DNA of 64,000 nt, taken from the NCBI GenBank assembly GCA_023213395.1, contig CM041465.1, positions 99,765,741 through 99,829,740 of the forward strand, written 5' to 3'. This stretch comes from Cycas panzhihuaensis (taxonomy: Eukaryota > Plantae > Cycadophyta). Positions 37,920 to 50,968 of this stretch are shown here, piece by piece. The notes beneath the pieces are model-generated. The model was not told the DNA's origin. It ran no database searches and worked only from the letters and a program-made list of their open reading frames with translations. Positions within the stretch are counted from its first letter, which is position 1, and each line of letters opens with the position of its first letter. The position numbers and the translations under genes are program-made.

Positions 37920-39640
37920 TAGAAAAGGAAACCCTCTTCCACTTTATGGGGTGGATTCACTGCACCCATATGGAGTTGCACCTCCTATAGGTGGCCCATA
38001 TGGGCAAAATCCCATCTTGTACATATCTTTTTCATCTTCGTGTTCAACCTCATACACAATGCCTTCTCAAGTAGGATTTGCCTCTCCTTAAGGCCCTTTC
38101 TCTCATGTCCTCTCTCAATAAGGGGCATGCCCTCAAGGAGGAGTGGGTCCCTCTTACCCACTTACCTCTTTCCAACTTTCTCTCAAATGAGAATGGTTCC
38201 CTCCCACTAAGCAGGTGGGAACCTGTATCCTTCTTATGCCCAAACTCTTTAAGAAGGACTAAGGTATCCATACCCAATGCCTTCCTCTTCCCTTATTAAC
38301 CCTCTAACTCAACCAAGGATTTACCCCTTTGTTGATTACAGGTCAACTCTATTATCTATTGAGGCATTTAGGACCAATCTACTACCTCACCCTCCCGAGG
38401 TACCCAAATTCAATGAGACCTCATCGCAAGACCTAACCGAGTACATTAGGAGATTCTCCATGGCATGCATTGACTATTAGGCTTATGACCATATCTTAAT
38501 GAAGTTATTTCTCCATTTGTTCTATGGAGATACCCTCAAATGGATTTAATATCTCCATGCTCATTCTATCCATTCTTCTCAACATCTAGTGGATGAATTC
38601 ACTAACTACTTCGACGTAGCTTGTCCCTTTGAGAGAGGGATTAAAGCCTTGGTCTCCCTTAAATAAGGTCACGATGAAATGAACTATGACTTTATGAGGT
38701 TCTTTTATAACCTCCTTTATTCTATGAGGTCACATTGCGTGAGGAATTAAAGAGGGACCTTTTTGTGAATACCCTCTGTCCCAAAGTCCACATTGAAGTC
38801 CTCAAAATGAGGGAAACTACATGCAATTCTGCCATAGCTAAGTGCTTGGTGCTCGAGGCTATTGAGATCCAGGCAGGTCTAAAAAAACTCTTAAGTCATT
38901 GCAATGACATGAGGCACCCCCTCTGTCACACGACTGACGACCCCAACAACCCCCAAGGCCTTTTACCTATACAATAGAAAATACCTTAGACCTATTAAAT
39001 TTTTCTATATATTCATTCAAATGTATGATAAAGGAGCTTAAGCTCTAACCCTCTCCATTTCCTTCAAATTCCCATAGGCTTGTCCACTAATCATCCTAAG
39101 AACCACCACCTAAAAGTGGAAATGCCCACTCTTCTCAAGTAAGAAAGACCAGATCCTCCTCAAAAAAGGAGTGGTACTCTATCCATGGTGAGTGCTTTGA
39201 CAAAGATCTGTAATATTGGGTGCAACACCCAGAGCTTGCCCTACCTTGCAACTCCTCCCTTAGATAGGCATTTAAACCTAACTTAGACCAACTTGTCCAT
39301 CATAATCCTATCCCCAAATATAGGGAATATGACTAACATGCCCAAAGTAGAGGAAACAGGAATATGGGACAATCCCCTGACCCCTCTTCCATGCCAACTA
39401 AAGGAAAAGGGGTAAGGAACTCGTCCTCCCCTCCTAGTTCTCATCCTTGAACTTCTTCATCCTCTCAAACCCAAAATAAGGGAAAGAGATCTCACTCCTT
39501 CATGTCCATCCATGAGATCTCAAGCAGCTAAAGAGGTCGTTGGGGCTTTCTCCTCCCAATAAAACTTTTCTATGAATAATCCACTAACTAAAGTCCCTAT
39601 GGTCCCTAAGACCATTCTTATCTACCCTGTCATGTCTGAT
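37920..39640 (+). pseudogene. gag remnant of copy C
   Basis: EAFRTNLLPHPPEVPKFNETSS, MACIDY and AKCLVLEAIEIQAGLKK are homologous to 7090-8700. Confidence 0.88.
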
Positions 39641-39649
39641 GTCATCTTG

Positions 39650-41567
39650 TAACCCCCCAATGTACAACTCAAGTAATTTACTCTGACAAAGACCATCAAC
39701 ACTAATGGAGAGATATTGGTATTCTATTGTATAAGCAAAAATAGTCCCCTCCTATCCAACTTTAGCTAGCTAGTTAAGGTTGTTATAATCCTAGGTACTA
39801 TCATATTGAACTGTAAGATCCTTGATAAAACCCTCCCATTGATAACTAAGCCTACTAATAAATTTCATCACCCATTGGTACCATTAATAGGGTCCAATTT
39901 CCATGTGTAGTGAAGTAAGAGGGATCTTCTTATTCACTAAAACTTGATAAAGAGAAACGTATTATTCCATTTGGGTGATCTAGGTACGTACATCCATGCC
40001 ATTGAACTTCTTAATTTCTACCTTGGGAAGAAAGTTCAAATAGAAGTACCTACCATCATTACCTTCATCTTCTTTAGTGAAGTAACCCCAACCTATGTGA
40101 GTAGTATCATCAAAGTCAATCTTTTCTTCCTTAAAAGCTTTCATGGCTGTGAGCTCTAGTATTACTACTTCAAAATTTTCATTAAAGTCATTTTGGATTT
40201 GTAATATATATCCTTGAAGTTATGTGACAACATCATTGAGATCTTGAGTCCAGCCTGAGTTCCTCTTAGGGTCCATTTATTCACAAGACCTAAGTTGAAT
40301 CCTAGTTGGTAAATGTGAATGAAAAGAAATTGACAGGGTGTCCATAAACGGTTATTCCCAATGTTTTACAAGGAGGTAATATGGATTTTTTTTTTTTCTT
40401 CTTTTTTACTTTTTTCTTCCTTTTTTTTTTTTTTGATTTTTGATTATTGGCTGGCTAACTAATTATGTATGCATGAACTAATGACAAACTAGCTAGACAC
40501 ATTGGATTTAACAAATTGATGATAATTAACTTACCAACTAACTAGGTGCACATAAACCACTAATAGACTAATCAGGTACACTAGGTATATGTTTGTCTAG
40601 TTTGTAGGCTCTCCAATTCACTAATCTCAGTCATAAATAGTATCAACTTATAGAGGTAAACCCTCTACTCTACAATCATTCTATCCCATCTCTAGGGTAC
40701 ATGGAGAGTAATTTCCCATGGCTAATCACTTACTGATGTACTACAAATTGTAGACGATCAATAGGTTTCCTATAGTTACCTATACTAGGAAGGCCTACCT
40801 AGGGGGTCCTCCTATATACTTGTAGATACATAGAGATACAATTCTGTAGCTAAGTTCTATCTAAGGCTTGATTCAAGAGTGTGATCTCCAATCCTTCATG
40901 CAAGGGATGAAAAAACCACAATGTGCTTAGCCAAAAACAACAGATCCTTATGATATTTATAGACACTAGGCATATGGCCTCTATCTAAATGCAAAAGAAA
41001 ACTACTTGGTGGTTGTGTTAGGGTACCTGCCTAATTGTAGTGTTCTCTACTCCCAAAAAGTAAAGTAGCTAAGTAGAAATTAAATAAGAATATCTATTGA
41101 TAAGAAAACACTAATGGAAAAAAAAATTAATTATTTAGTACCTTTGACTCTCCCACAAAGTATGGATCGACCACTCTAATACCACTTGGTAGGATACCAC
41201 TCCATAATAATAATTTCACACTAACATAATATGTAAATAGATATAAAAGAGAACTTGTATTGTAATATCCTTCGAGGGGGAAACCTCTTAATTACATGAA
41301 ATAACAATGATATTTTAAATACCCTACTCTAAAGATTACATAAATATGTATATGGCTCTATGCTCACTATACAACCTCCTCTTTATGCATATGGGATATT
41401 ACATGAATATATATAGTACTCAATAACCACTACACAACCTTCTACTTATGTATATGTGATATTAAGAAAAGGAAAGAAGTAGAAGAAATAGAAGATATAA
41501 GAGAGAGAAGAAGTAGAAGATATAAGAGAATATAAGAGAAGGTAAGTTAGGGGTTGGATCCCTAACA
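39650..41567 (-). mobile_element. Truncated chromovirus-type (Reina-like) gypsy element: ~380-bp LTR (41187-41567), tRNA-iMet PBS, leader and gag remnant
   Basis: Minus-strand TGTTAGG...CCTACCA followed by AGTGGTATTAGAG; gag LPKVEIKKFNGMDVRT*ITQME*Y...SLHME...WYQW at ~40035-39865. Confidence 0.78.
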
Positions 41568-41599
41568 TTCAAAATAATAATCGCCCTCATCCCACTCTT

Positions 41600-42160
41600 T
41601 GTATTTTATCCAACTGAGCGGTAAGATTGGCCACTATCAAAGTAGCCTAGTCGAAGTGATCACCCTACTCACACCTTTAGACTATCACCATCTAGCCCCC
41701 CCAGATGTCTCGATAGTTCTATTTTTGGGAGATCTAGAATAGAATAGAAAAAATAATCATCTTCCTCACACGAAGAATCCTGGATATGGCAATCATCCTA
41801 AGGGGTATCTCCCTCCAATCCTAATAACCCTGACTTGTGAAGAATCTAGCTACCTCATGATTAGCAGCATTAGTGCTAGGTAAAGCCTCTAATGCCACTG
41901 GCAAACCCTTATATGTCACACCTACAATCCTCTTGACATCTACATGAGTCACTGTAACATCTCCCACCTAAGGGAGATGGAATACATAACATCTGCGATC
42001 CTAGTAGGAGATGATATCTAATAGGAGAGCCTAGTTTGATGCATACTGCAACATCCTAATGATCCTCATGAACATGTAGTATTGTAGTGTGGCCCTCTCC
42101 TACCTCTCAAGTAGGTATATGAAGTTAACCATAACTCTCCATATGTTCTCGCAGTTGTCA
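41600..42160 (-). pseudogene. PMD-domain antisense gene remnant of copy C
   Basis: ALLLDIISY*DRRCYVFHLP*VGDVTVTHVDVKRIVGVTYKGLPV closely fits the PMD consensus FHLP.GE.TITL.DV..ILGL...G.PV. Confidence 0.85.
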
Positions 42161-43402
42161 ACTATAATAACAAACTACAAAAACCAATAAGAGCTTAATA
42201 TCATTAGCCAGGCTCCACTCTGCTAAGCTAATACTCTCTCAGACTATCAGAAACAAAGGGAAATTGGTCAAGATATTGACAAAGTTTCTAAGTTTTCCTT
42301 TTTCTAGTTATTACACCTAGTACCTCTAATATATTTGCAGTATTATGAATATATTAGTGGGCCATGCGAGCAAGCCTTCACCTTCTGAGGAAGTTTGTGA
42401 CATTATGAATAAATTTGCGATCCTGTGACCTTTTTCCCTAAAATTCAAAAAAATAAAAATAATAAAAAATTTTAGTTTTCCCTAGACTTTGACTAGTCCA
42501 CAAGGACCAGGGCTCCCTAATGCCTTGGTTTAGCCCCTTCTAGATCCTTAAATGGGTCTCGAAAAGCCTAATTCACCTATGTAAGGCCCAAAATATAATA
42601 AATAGAATTAATGATAAAAAGAATGAAATTGAAAGGCTTGGGTCTAGATTGGCATACTGGATCTAGCCTAGTTGTTGCCATCTCTCACTCTTGGTCTTGA
42701 TGACTCTCTCTCTGTGTCAATCCAATGGCTGAATCTCCTCTACTGAGCATATGATGGGGGATAAATTCAGGTGCTAAAGATGCAGAGCTCCCAGTTCATA
42801 CAAGTTCATGTTCAAATGAATCTATTTTTGCCCCTCACCCTCCTTTTATTACATAGGGCCCCTAGGGTACTGTGCCCTTTTTCTACCTCAGAAAAGCCAC
42901 CAAGACCATCTCCCTTAGTTGATATTGGCTTCTTTCATGTCCCACACCCATTTTGCTCCTAATTATGCCTTTTTACTATCGTTTTACGTATTTATGATGC
43001 CTCTTTTTGCTCTTACATGGGCCCTTTTCTCTCCTCTTTTCTAGTTGCCTAAAATGGCACTAGTGTTTATACATCATAAGCCCATTTTGATGTACCAAAT
43101 GTATTTTTGCTATCACTTTAATTTGTTAAGGCTCCTAGTGAGAGTTCCCCCTCTGCTCAAGCCTTTTCATTGGGCCCATGCCAACATTCTAACCTTATTT
43201 TTAGATTAATTCCCTAATCACCCCCCTTCTTCTATGAGATGAGCCCTCTACTATCCTAGTAGCCTACTAGTAGGCCTCTCCTATCCTCTTATGGTCATCA
43301 TTTCAAGTTGTTGTGACCAGTTAAACCTCACTTCTCTGTCTTTCTTTTACTTTATACACATCTTCTTCACTCTTTTGCGAGTCTTATCTCTCCTCCTGCA
43401 CC

Positions 43403-43825
43403 GTGACTCTCCTTATATACACCAATGGGACTAGTTATGGCAACCTGGGACCTTTTGTGACTACCTGGATTATTCACGATCCTTTGAGGCATGATCTCAT
43501 GTGTTCTAGGATATACTTACTCAAGGCCATGAACAATGAAGCAATGTATACCACTATTATAGATGCTCTTGCTGACGCACTTTGCTTCCACTATAGACCT
43601 ATCATGTTGTTCTATGACTCTCAAATCATAGTATCATAGTTTACTCAAGTCTATTAAGCCTTTTATCCTTGATTAAGGTATCTCGATTCAACCACTAAGT
43701 CACTTTTATCTTCCTTTTCTATAGTAGATATTTGACATATTCCTCGTGATCAAAATGTCGAAGAGAATAACGTAGTTCATCTCATTCTCAAGCATCATCT
43801 TTCCCTCTTAGACGATCCTCCCAAG
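43403..43825 (+). pseudogene. aRH remnant of copy C
   Basis: YTNGTSYGNLGP, AMNNEAMY, YDSQIIVS and HIPR are colinear with 16592-17014. Confidence 0.87.
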
Positions 43826-44449
43826 GCAACCTAATAGGCTGGATCCTCACATAGATTTTTGGGTTATCATCCATTCTTTATTATGACTACCCTCACACCT
43901 CCAAAAATAAGCCACTAATGAGGTTAAACTATGGTGACCACAAGTTTGTTTCTTCACTTGATGCTTGTACCATTTATGGTACAACTCTTACACACTTTTA
44001 AATTTATTTATAACTTTTAAAATTACATTCATATGGTTTCTCAATTAAATTGACACTACATCTATCTTGTATATGAAGGTGATGGGCATCCCCCATCCCC
44101 TTCCCTCTTCTATAACTTTTTGATTCTATAGGGATTTCTATTCCATTTTGGCTTTTTAAGGTTATATAACTTGCCTAGGTGTCACCATCAGCAACCCTCA
44201 GGTCACCCCTCTCTCATTCCAACCTATGTCTTAGGTTTATGGCTCTATATACTAAGGATGGATCAAGCTATGTCTCCTCCTCTGCACCTCAATATATGTC
44301 TCTAATCCACTTGATCCATCATAGTATTAGCCACCCACCTTGGTTTCTAACACATGATCTTTACATACTGTTATTGATGAGATTGTGTTGATAGCATTCA
44401 CCATCATCTGACGCTTCCCAGTGATGAGGTTTTGCTTCTAAGGTGGCAA

Positions 44450-47400
44450 TGTTTCCTAGCTACCTAGAATGGATTGGGATACCATCACACAGGTATGGTC
44501 AGGTATATCTTCTTTCCCTTTCACTCTATCACACTCTTATAGTTGGTTTGATGTATGATGTTTGTATGATTTCTCGAGTTCTTGGTTAGGTTGATTGATC
44601 ATCTTGCCTATGCTTAACATTTATCTATGATGACTAGGACTCTAGTCTAATGGTATTATAGCTCCTAAGTGATCTCCCTCCTAGTTTTGGGTACTCTTGG
44701 GGCCTTTGTAGATTGACTTATGTACACCTTAATCTACTTTATTACACCTACCTCTTTTCCTCTTTACTACACCTATCCCTTGATCCATCTTAGGTGGTTT
44801 AAGAAGAGTTCTAGTGGCTAGGTATCCACTCATTACTTGGTCGTCACTTGGTCACTCCTTGTGCCTCATCAGGATATGCTACCTAAAACCCTTTTGCGTC
44901 TTGGCACCTCAATTGTTACCCTTTTCATCAGGTTCTGATCCTATTGGGTGGCTTTATTACATGTTTTTGCAAGTTGACGATATGCAGAATTATCATAGGT
45001 CAGTGTATAGTCCTCTAGGTAGCAATTCCAGGCCCCTGTCAAGGCTTACTCCCTCCTTTTCTACTCTTTCATTACTTATTTTGATTGTTCCATCCTTTTT
45101 GTTATTTCCACATTACTAGTTCTATTTACCCTGTGCTAATTGTTATGCACTACTAATATATTAGTGGTGCCATAAATAAGTTTATAGTGTAACTATTATG
45201 TACTTTATCATAGCTAGAAATGACTAATCTTGTTCTTTGTGCTCGAACGATGCATTCCCCTATCTCGGGACTTGCCTAGGTGAAACCTTAATGGCCCTAA
45301 GGCCTCTCTAAAGACACAAAAACCTCAAAATTTAAATTCACTCTCATGAATCAATCATTCATTCTGATTATTCTTCCATTGCACCAAAGGAAAAAGCTTA
45401 TTTTATAGGACAAGGGATTTTTCTTCCTTTTCTTCTTCCTTCTCCAATTCTCTCTTACTCCTCCTACACTTAAAATTTACAGGTTTTTCCTCTATAAGTA
45501 AGGAAAGGATAGCTAAGAGTAGCCTAAGCTAAACAAAGAAGGATTTTCACTAGGAAAATGACTAAAGATCTCATTCTTCTCTTCACCAAATGAGGGCTTC
45601 AGCCTCATCAACCCTATTTCCACTTTGGGACACCACTTTACATGATAAACTTATTTCCTTTAGGATTCCTTATTTAGAAATATCATGTTTTATGGTTTAT
45701 TCTTCATTATTTCAGCCATAAGATCCTAAATTCATGCTTGGATTAGCTTTGTGATTGTGTTTCAAGCCATATTTTGCTTAGCACAAGGAGGCAATACCTC
45801 CTTGCTTGATTGTTCTTCTTTTCCATTCCAAATCCTCCAGCTTTTAGAAAATAAGGTGGATAAACCAAGCTAAGAGAGTTTGTGAAGAGGCTTATAGTCT
45901 AGAGTTCTGATTTTGAAAGTCACCTCTCACTTGGGCAATGCCCCTCTCAATGCTTTGAGGCATATCTCCTTGTACTCCATCATTAGATTTAGGGTTTGGT
46001 TTGGAGTGAGGCCTATACATGTGAAATATTCACTTTATTTTTACTTCTAAACCCTAGCCAAATGAGCTACCTATAGTTTGTGAGGGTTATTCACCATTCA
46101 GAGGAGCTTTCCATCCCAAGGCAACACCCATCTCTTTTTCTCCATTTACATGATATGATTGTTGTATACATATACTCACTAAAATTATTAAGCAAAGAAT
46201 ATATAATCTTATATTTGTTTCCTTTTTCACTCACACACCTACACACTAACATTAGATGCTAAGATCACATACACATCTTGCTTGTGAGAAGGCCTTTCTC
46301 TTTTTGTATTATAGGTTGGAGGCCATTTCACGAGCTAAGAAACAAGTCATGAAATGATAACATTTCATTTTTTTTTATTTAGTTTTATTTCTATTTCATT
46401 TCCCTCTTTTTGTTCTTGTCTTGTGTATTGTTTGGGGACGGTAAGTAAGCCCTGTTTGGAGGGTAAGGGGAAGGTAAGGGAGCCCCACCTTCCATCTTCA
46501 ATAACTTTTGTAATAAGGGAATGAAAATAGAAGAAGAAATAACTTGTAGAAACATGGTGTAGAGAATGATAATGAAGGAGCACAATGCACATGGCACCAA
46601 CTGCCACAACCAGGTGCATACTTCCCAACACATCCTTCTCTTCTTCATTCCCCCTTTCCCATATTTTCATTTCAAAAAATGGGAAAAGAAAAAAAATTGA
46701 AAGACTCTCTTTATAGGCTTCTTTTCCTTTTTATTATATGTCATAAGGGAAGGGAAATGAGTAAACACATTTCCCTCCTCGATCCTCTTCTTACCAAAAG
46801 AAGAGGTGTACCCATGTAAGGAAATACCTTGTACCAAACCTTTACTTTCTCTCTCACACACACTTATAGTATTCACTACATTCATTGAAAAGTAAAAAAG
46901 GGCAAAGAGACAGATAGGAAAGGATTGCATCTTATTTTGTATGCATATTTTATTCCTTTTTTAGCATTCCCTACTTTGGTAGTAGCCATATTCATTTGGA
47001 ATTAGAATGCCACTACAAACCCATACCACCAAGGCTAAACCATACCCTATCACATAGTAACCATCAACTCCAAAGATCTTCTCATTCTCCTCAAAAGCCC
47101 AAAAGGACCTTATAACCTAATAGCCATGACAAACTAATGGCTCTTTCCTACCCCTCTCAATCCATTCCTAGATTGCGAGTACGCCCACCTAAACTGCCTC
47201 TCACTTTATCATTACTTCTTTCTCCCTTCGATTACCTCTTTTTCTAAAAGGTGGTCTAGCCCCTTTTCTTTCCCTCCAAGGATAGGAGAGATTATTCTTT
47301 ATGCTATTCGACTACCTGAGGATGCCTCTTTTCCTAAACTGAATCTAGGAAGGTACTCAGAAAGAAGGAAAGGTCATAGTACTATTTACGGGTCCCCAAA

Positions 47401-47530
47401 CCTACGTTTTGATGTGTAGATTCCTTTTGAGTGTAACCTATCCTCCCTTTGAGGTCCTTAGGCCCCTATTGTAGTTATAGTGTCAGCCTAAAAGCTCTTA
47501 TCTATAGTGACCCCTAGAGGCATGCTTCCA
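44450..47530 (+). repeat. 3' LTR of copy C (3081 bp)
   Basis: Direct repeat of 35356-37915 plus a terminal part ending GAGGCATGCTTCCA. Confidence 0.92.
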
Positions 47531-50500
47531 CATGCCATTACCTAACCTTGTTCCAAATCCACAACATCCTTACCATCCATCATCCACACTTTAAATGTCA
47601 TCACCCATACCTATGTCTCTTAGCCTCACTCCTAACACAAACACCCATATAGAATGCTCATCATGCCCTTTATGTTTTACTTTATATTCTTTCCCTATTG
47701 GACTTTGACAAACTTGCCCACTTCACCATCTATCATCTTAATGCTCTATAATACCTATACTTAATTTTTACATTTATTTTACCCTTCTAAAATGTTGCCA
47801 TCTAAACCACTTATTTTTATGAGAAGCCTATAATATTCTCTATTCCATGCTCTTTATTTGCATAAAGTGCATCTTTTCCCATCTAAGTTTTCTTTCATTA
47901 GGGTATAATATTAAAGTAGGGTAAACGATATCAAGAAGGATGAACCTAAAGAATATAGGACCTATGCTCTACCAAATGAAAATCATGTTATTTTATTACT
48001 AAAGGATACTAACGGTGTCCAAATCATGGCCTAAATAAGAATGATATTAGACTTTTAATAGTGAAGGTTACTTGATTAGTGAGATAAATATTAAAGGATA
48101 AATATATTCTATTAGCAAGGAGTAGTAAGTAAATAAAGTTATAAGGTATAATAACATCAGTATAAGAAGAAAAATGTGTACTTTAGCATTTAAATAATTA
48201 AAATTTTAAAAGAAAAAAATATGCAAGAAATTCATAATTTAAAGTGATGATCTAAGTGTTTCATTAAAGAAAAAATTTGGAAATTCTTTGAGGGTAAATC
48301 ATGTCAAGAAAGGGAGAATTGTTACTAACTTATAACCATGTTGACCAAGAGGGTCCAACACCTAAACAAATGCATAAGCTTTAAGTGGAGAGTGAAATAT
48401 GGTGGTGGTATCATCTACTTACACCCATGATTTATGGGTAAAACATGTTAAGAGAGAGGAAATTATTTGTATTTGCCCCTCTTATTGGACAAAGGTACTA
48501 TTTAAAATATGAGGAAATATTTATTATTTTATAATTTTGGTTTCTAAATATAAGGAGTTATTACTACCTTAGGGGCACCACCTAACACCTAGATTAAGGG
48601 TGTAGCAGCTTCAATAAGGAGGAGTAAGTGTTCTTTTATACATTTATCAAAATCCTAGTTAATGGAATAATATTTTTGATATTATAAAAAATATACCTAA
48701 ATAGGTTCTAAAGTAAGGATAGTTGCAGAATGTAGACTTTGTAGATAGACATCATAAAGAACTTATCACTTGAATTTTTCTCTATTATGAAGGTGCACTA
48801 TATGACTAAGTACTACTAGTAATATAATTCACCAAATGGTTGATGGATGTTAATATAATTGACAAGTGTCTTATATCAATATAGCCTCACATATAAGATC
48901 TTTTTAAGATCAAGTTATAAAGAATAGTAAAGATAAGTGCTTGTAAAGGGGAAGAGTTATGAAGCAAATCAAAGCCCTTGGTTTGTCATACACATGTTAC
49001 AACCTGAAGAGGCATGCAAATAATATATGTCATGATTGAATATTTAGATGAAATGAAATGTTTACAAGGTAAATGAATGTAGGATGAATCTTAACCATTT
49101 GATCAAGTGCCACATTAAGGTTGTCGGGTGACTTTGTAGAAAATAAGGACAATAAAAGTATGTATCACAAAGAAGCATAGTTAACTCATGAGTTCAAGTT
49201 TCATACATTAATCAATAAGACACATGTTCATATCCTAGGGGTGCTTACAAAATAATGACTTATAAGAAGAAGTGAGTAAAAGGGATGAAAAGAATATATA
49301 TAAGGTGAATGCTTTACTTGACTCAATCTAAATTGCTTGTTATAAAGACATGTGCTCATATCTAAATTTATTCATAAAAACAATCTTTGAAGGAAATGTG
49401 AAACTACATATAGTAACCTATATCTAACATGGTTTATGGACTTAATATTAATTGTTTAATGGGTGGATATATGGATAAATCTTGATGCATCACATAAGTG
49501 GAGCTTCATATAAGAGATCCTTTTAATATGAATGCTTGTAAGTGCATTGAATATGAATTCAATCTAGGTAATTAAATGTTAGATATATGGAATCTTCTTA
49601 AACATTCATAGGATTAAATGGTACTCGAGGGTTGGGATGGTGGGTGGGGTTGTGCAAGAAGCAAAAGAACAAAGGATGATATTTAGAACTAAAGATTGTG
49701 AATCGAATTAAATTATTGGATCAAGATACCTGCGGTTGATATCTAATGGTGCATGCAATTTATTATCTCATTTGAATCCAAGAGAAGAATGAACCAATCT
49801 AGGAGTAAATAGATTATGAGCTAAGATCCAAACCATTAAACTAAAGGATATATAACATGATTTTGAGGTACTCATAAAGAGGTAATTTGAATGGTGGTAT
49901 TAAAATTTTGATTTTAAAAAATTCAAAGGAGTGAGGTAGGAGTATGTCATGGTCCTTAGATCTTAAGGACACGTGATAAATATTAGGGACTTTGTAAATA
50001 AAAATGAATATTGACTCAAGTAAAGAAAATATATAAAGGCCTTCCAAATTCCAAATTATAAATTAATCTTAGTTATTGAATCTAAACCCTCATTAGACTA
50101 TAGGATTTTAAAGATAAAGTATGATCATATGATTGCTTGCGCCTCTATTAATGATGAATTGATCACAGTGCTAATAAAATTCAAGTATGAAGGAGTGTTT
50201 GATGAGCAGTTGTGCAACTAAACTTAACTCATTTTTCATTTTCCACCATTCAAAACATAGAAAATAGCAAAGTATAAAGTAATTGTTCGAGAGAAACCAT
50301 AAGAGAAAAGGATTCAAAGCCTACTAAATTATGTCCCAACCACAAGTCTAGAGTTTTAATCCAATTATTATGATAATTCCAACCATTAAGGACACTTCTG
50401 CTAGTTATAAAGGATAAGATTGGGTTTTATTTAAAGCAAACAAGAATGTAAATAATGAGATATAGAAGAATGTATTGGCATAAATACGTTTTATTTTATC

Positions 50501-50968
50501 AGTATTCCATGTTTAGAGTTAGTAGGTTTGCTTACATAATACCTAAAGCCAAGCACAAAGATGATTGTTGCCTTGAAAAAAATTGAGGTGGCTATAATAA
50601 AAAACAAAAAGTTAGCTAAAGATATTTCAAACTGGGAAATTCAGAAGCTTAAATAGGCTATGGAAAAGAATGGCTTTAAGCCTAAACTTTTTTATGAGTG
50701 CATACATCTATGATCTCATTATTAACAAATATTTATGGGTTCTAATGACTAGAAATTAAGGTTATTAAATGTGTGTATCATAGAACAAAGCCAAAAGGAA
50801 AACTTACTCCTTAACTAGGCTTCAACAATAAGTGAAACCATAATCTCTCAGCTTAAAGGATTACATTTTGGCATAAAATTTTATATGATAACATATTCAA
50901 TATGTGTTTTACTTACCCAAGGACATTTCTACATTTCAAACTAGATCCTTAAAGGCTTAATAAGGATG

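Larger units (their letters stand above)
35356..47530 (+). mobile_element. Internally deleted Tat-family element, copy C
   Basis: TSD CATGC (35351-35355, 47531-47535). 5' LTR 35356-~37915 is fused by deletion to gag (~37920-39640). pol is missing. PMD remnant, aRH remnant, decayed PPT and 3' LTR 44450-47530 follow. Confidence 0.92.

Noticed and set aside
47531-50968. Possible DNA transposon or LINE remnants in AT-rich DNA
   Set aside because: No terminal inverted repeats, TSDs or protein motifs could be identified by eye.
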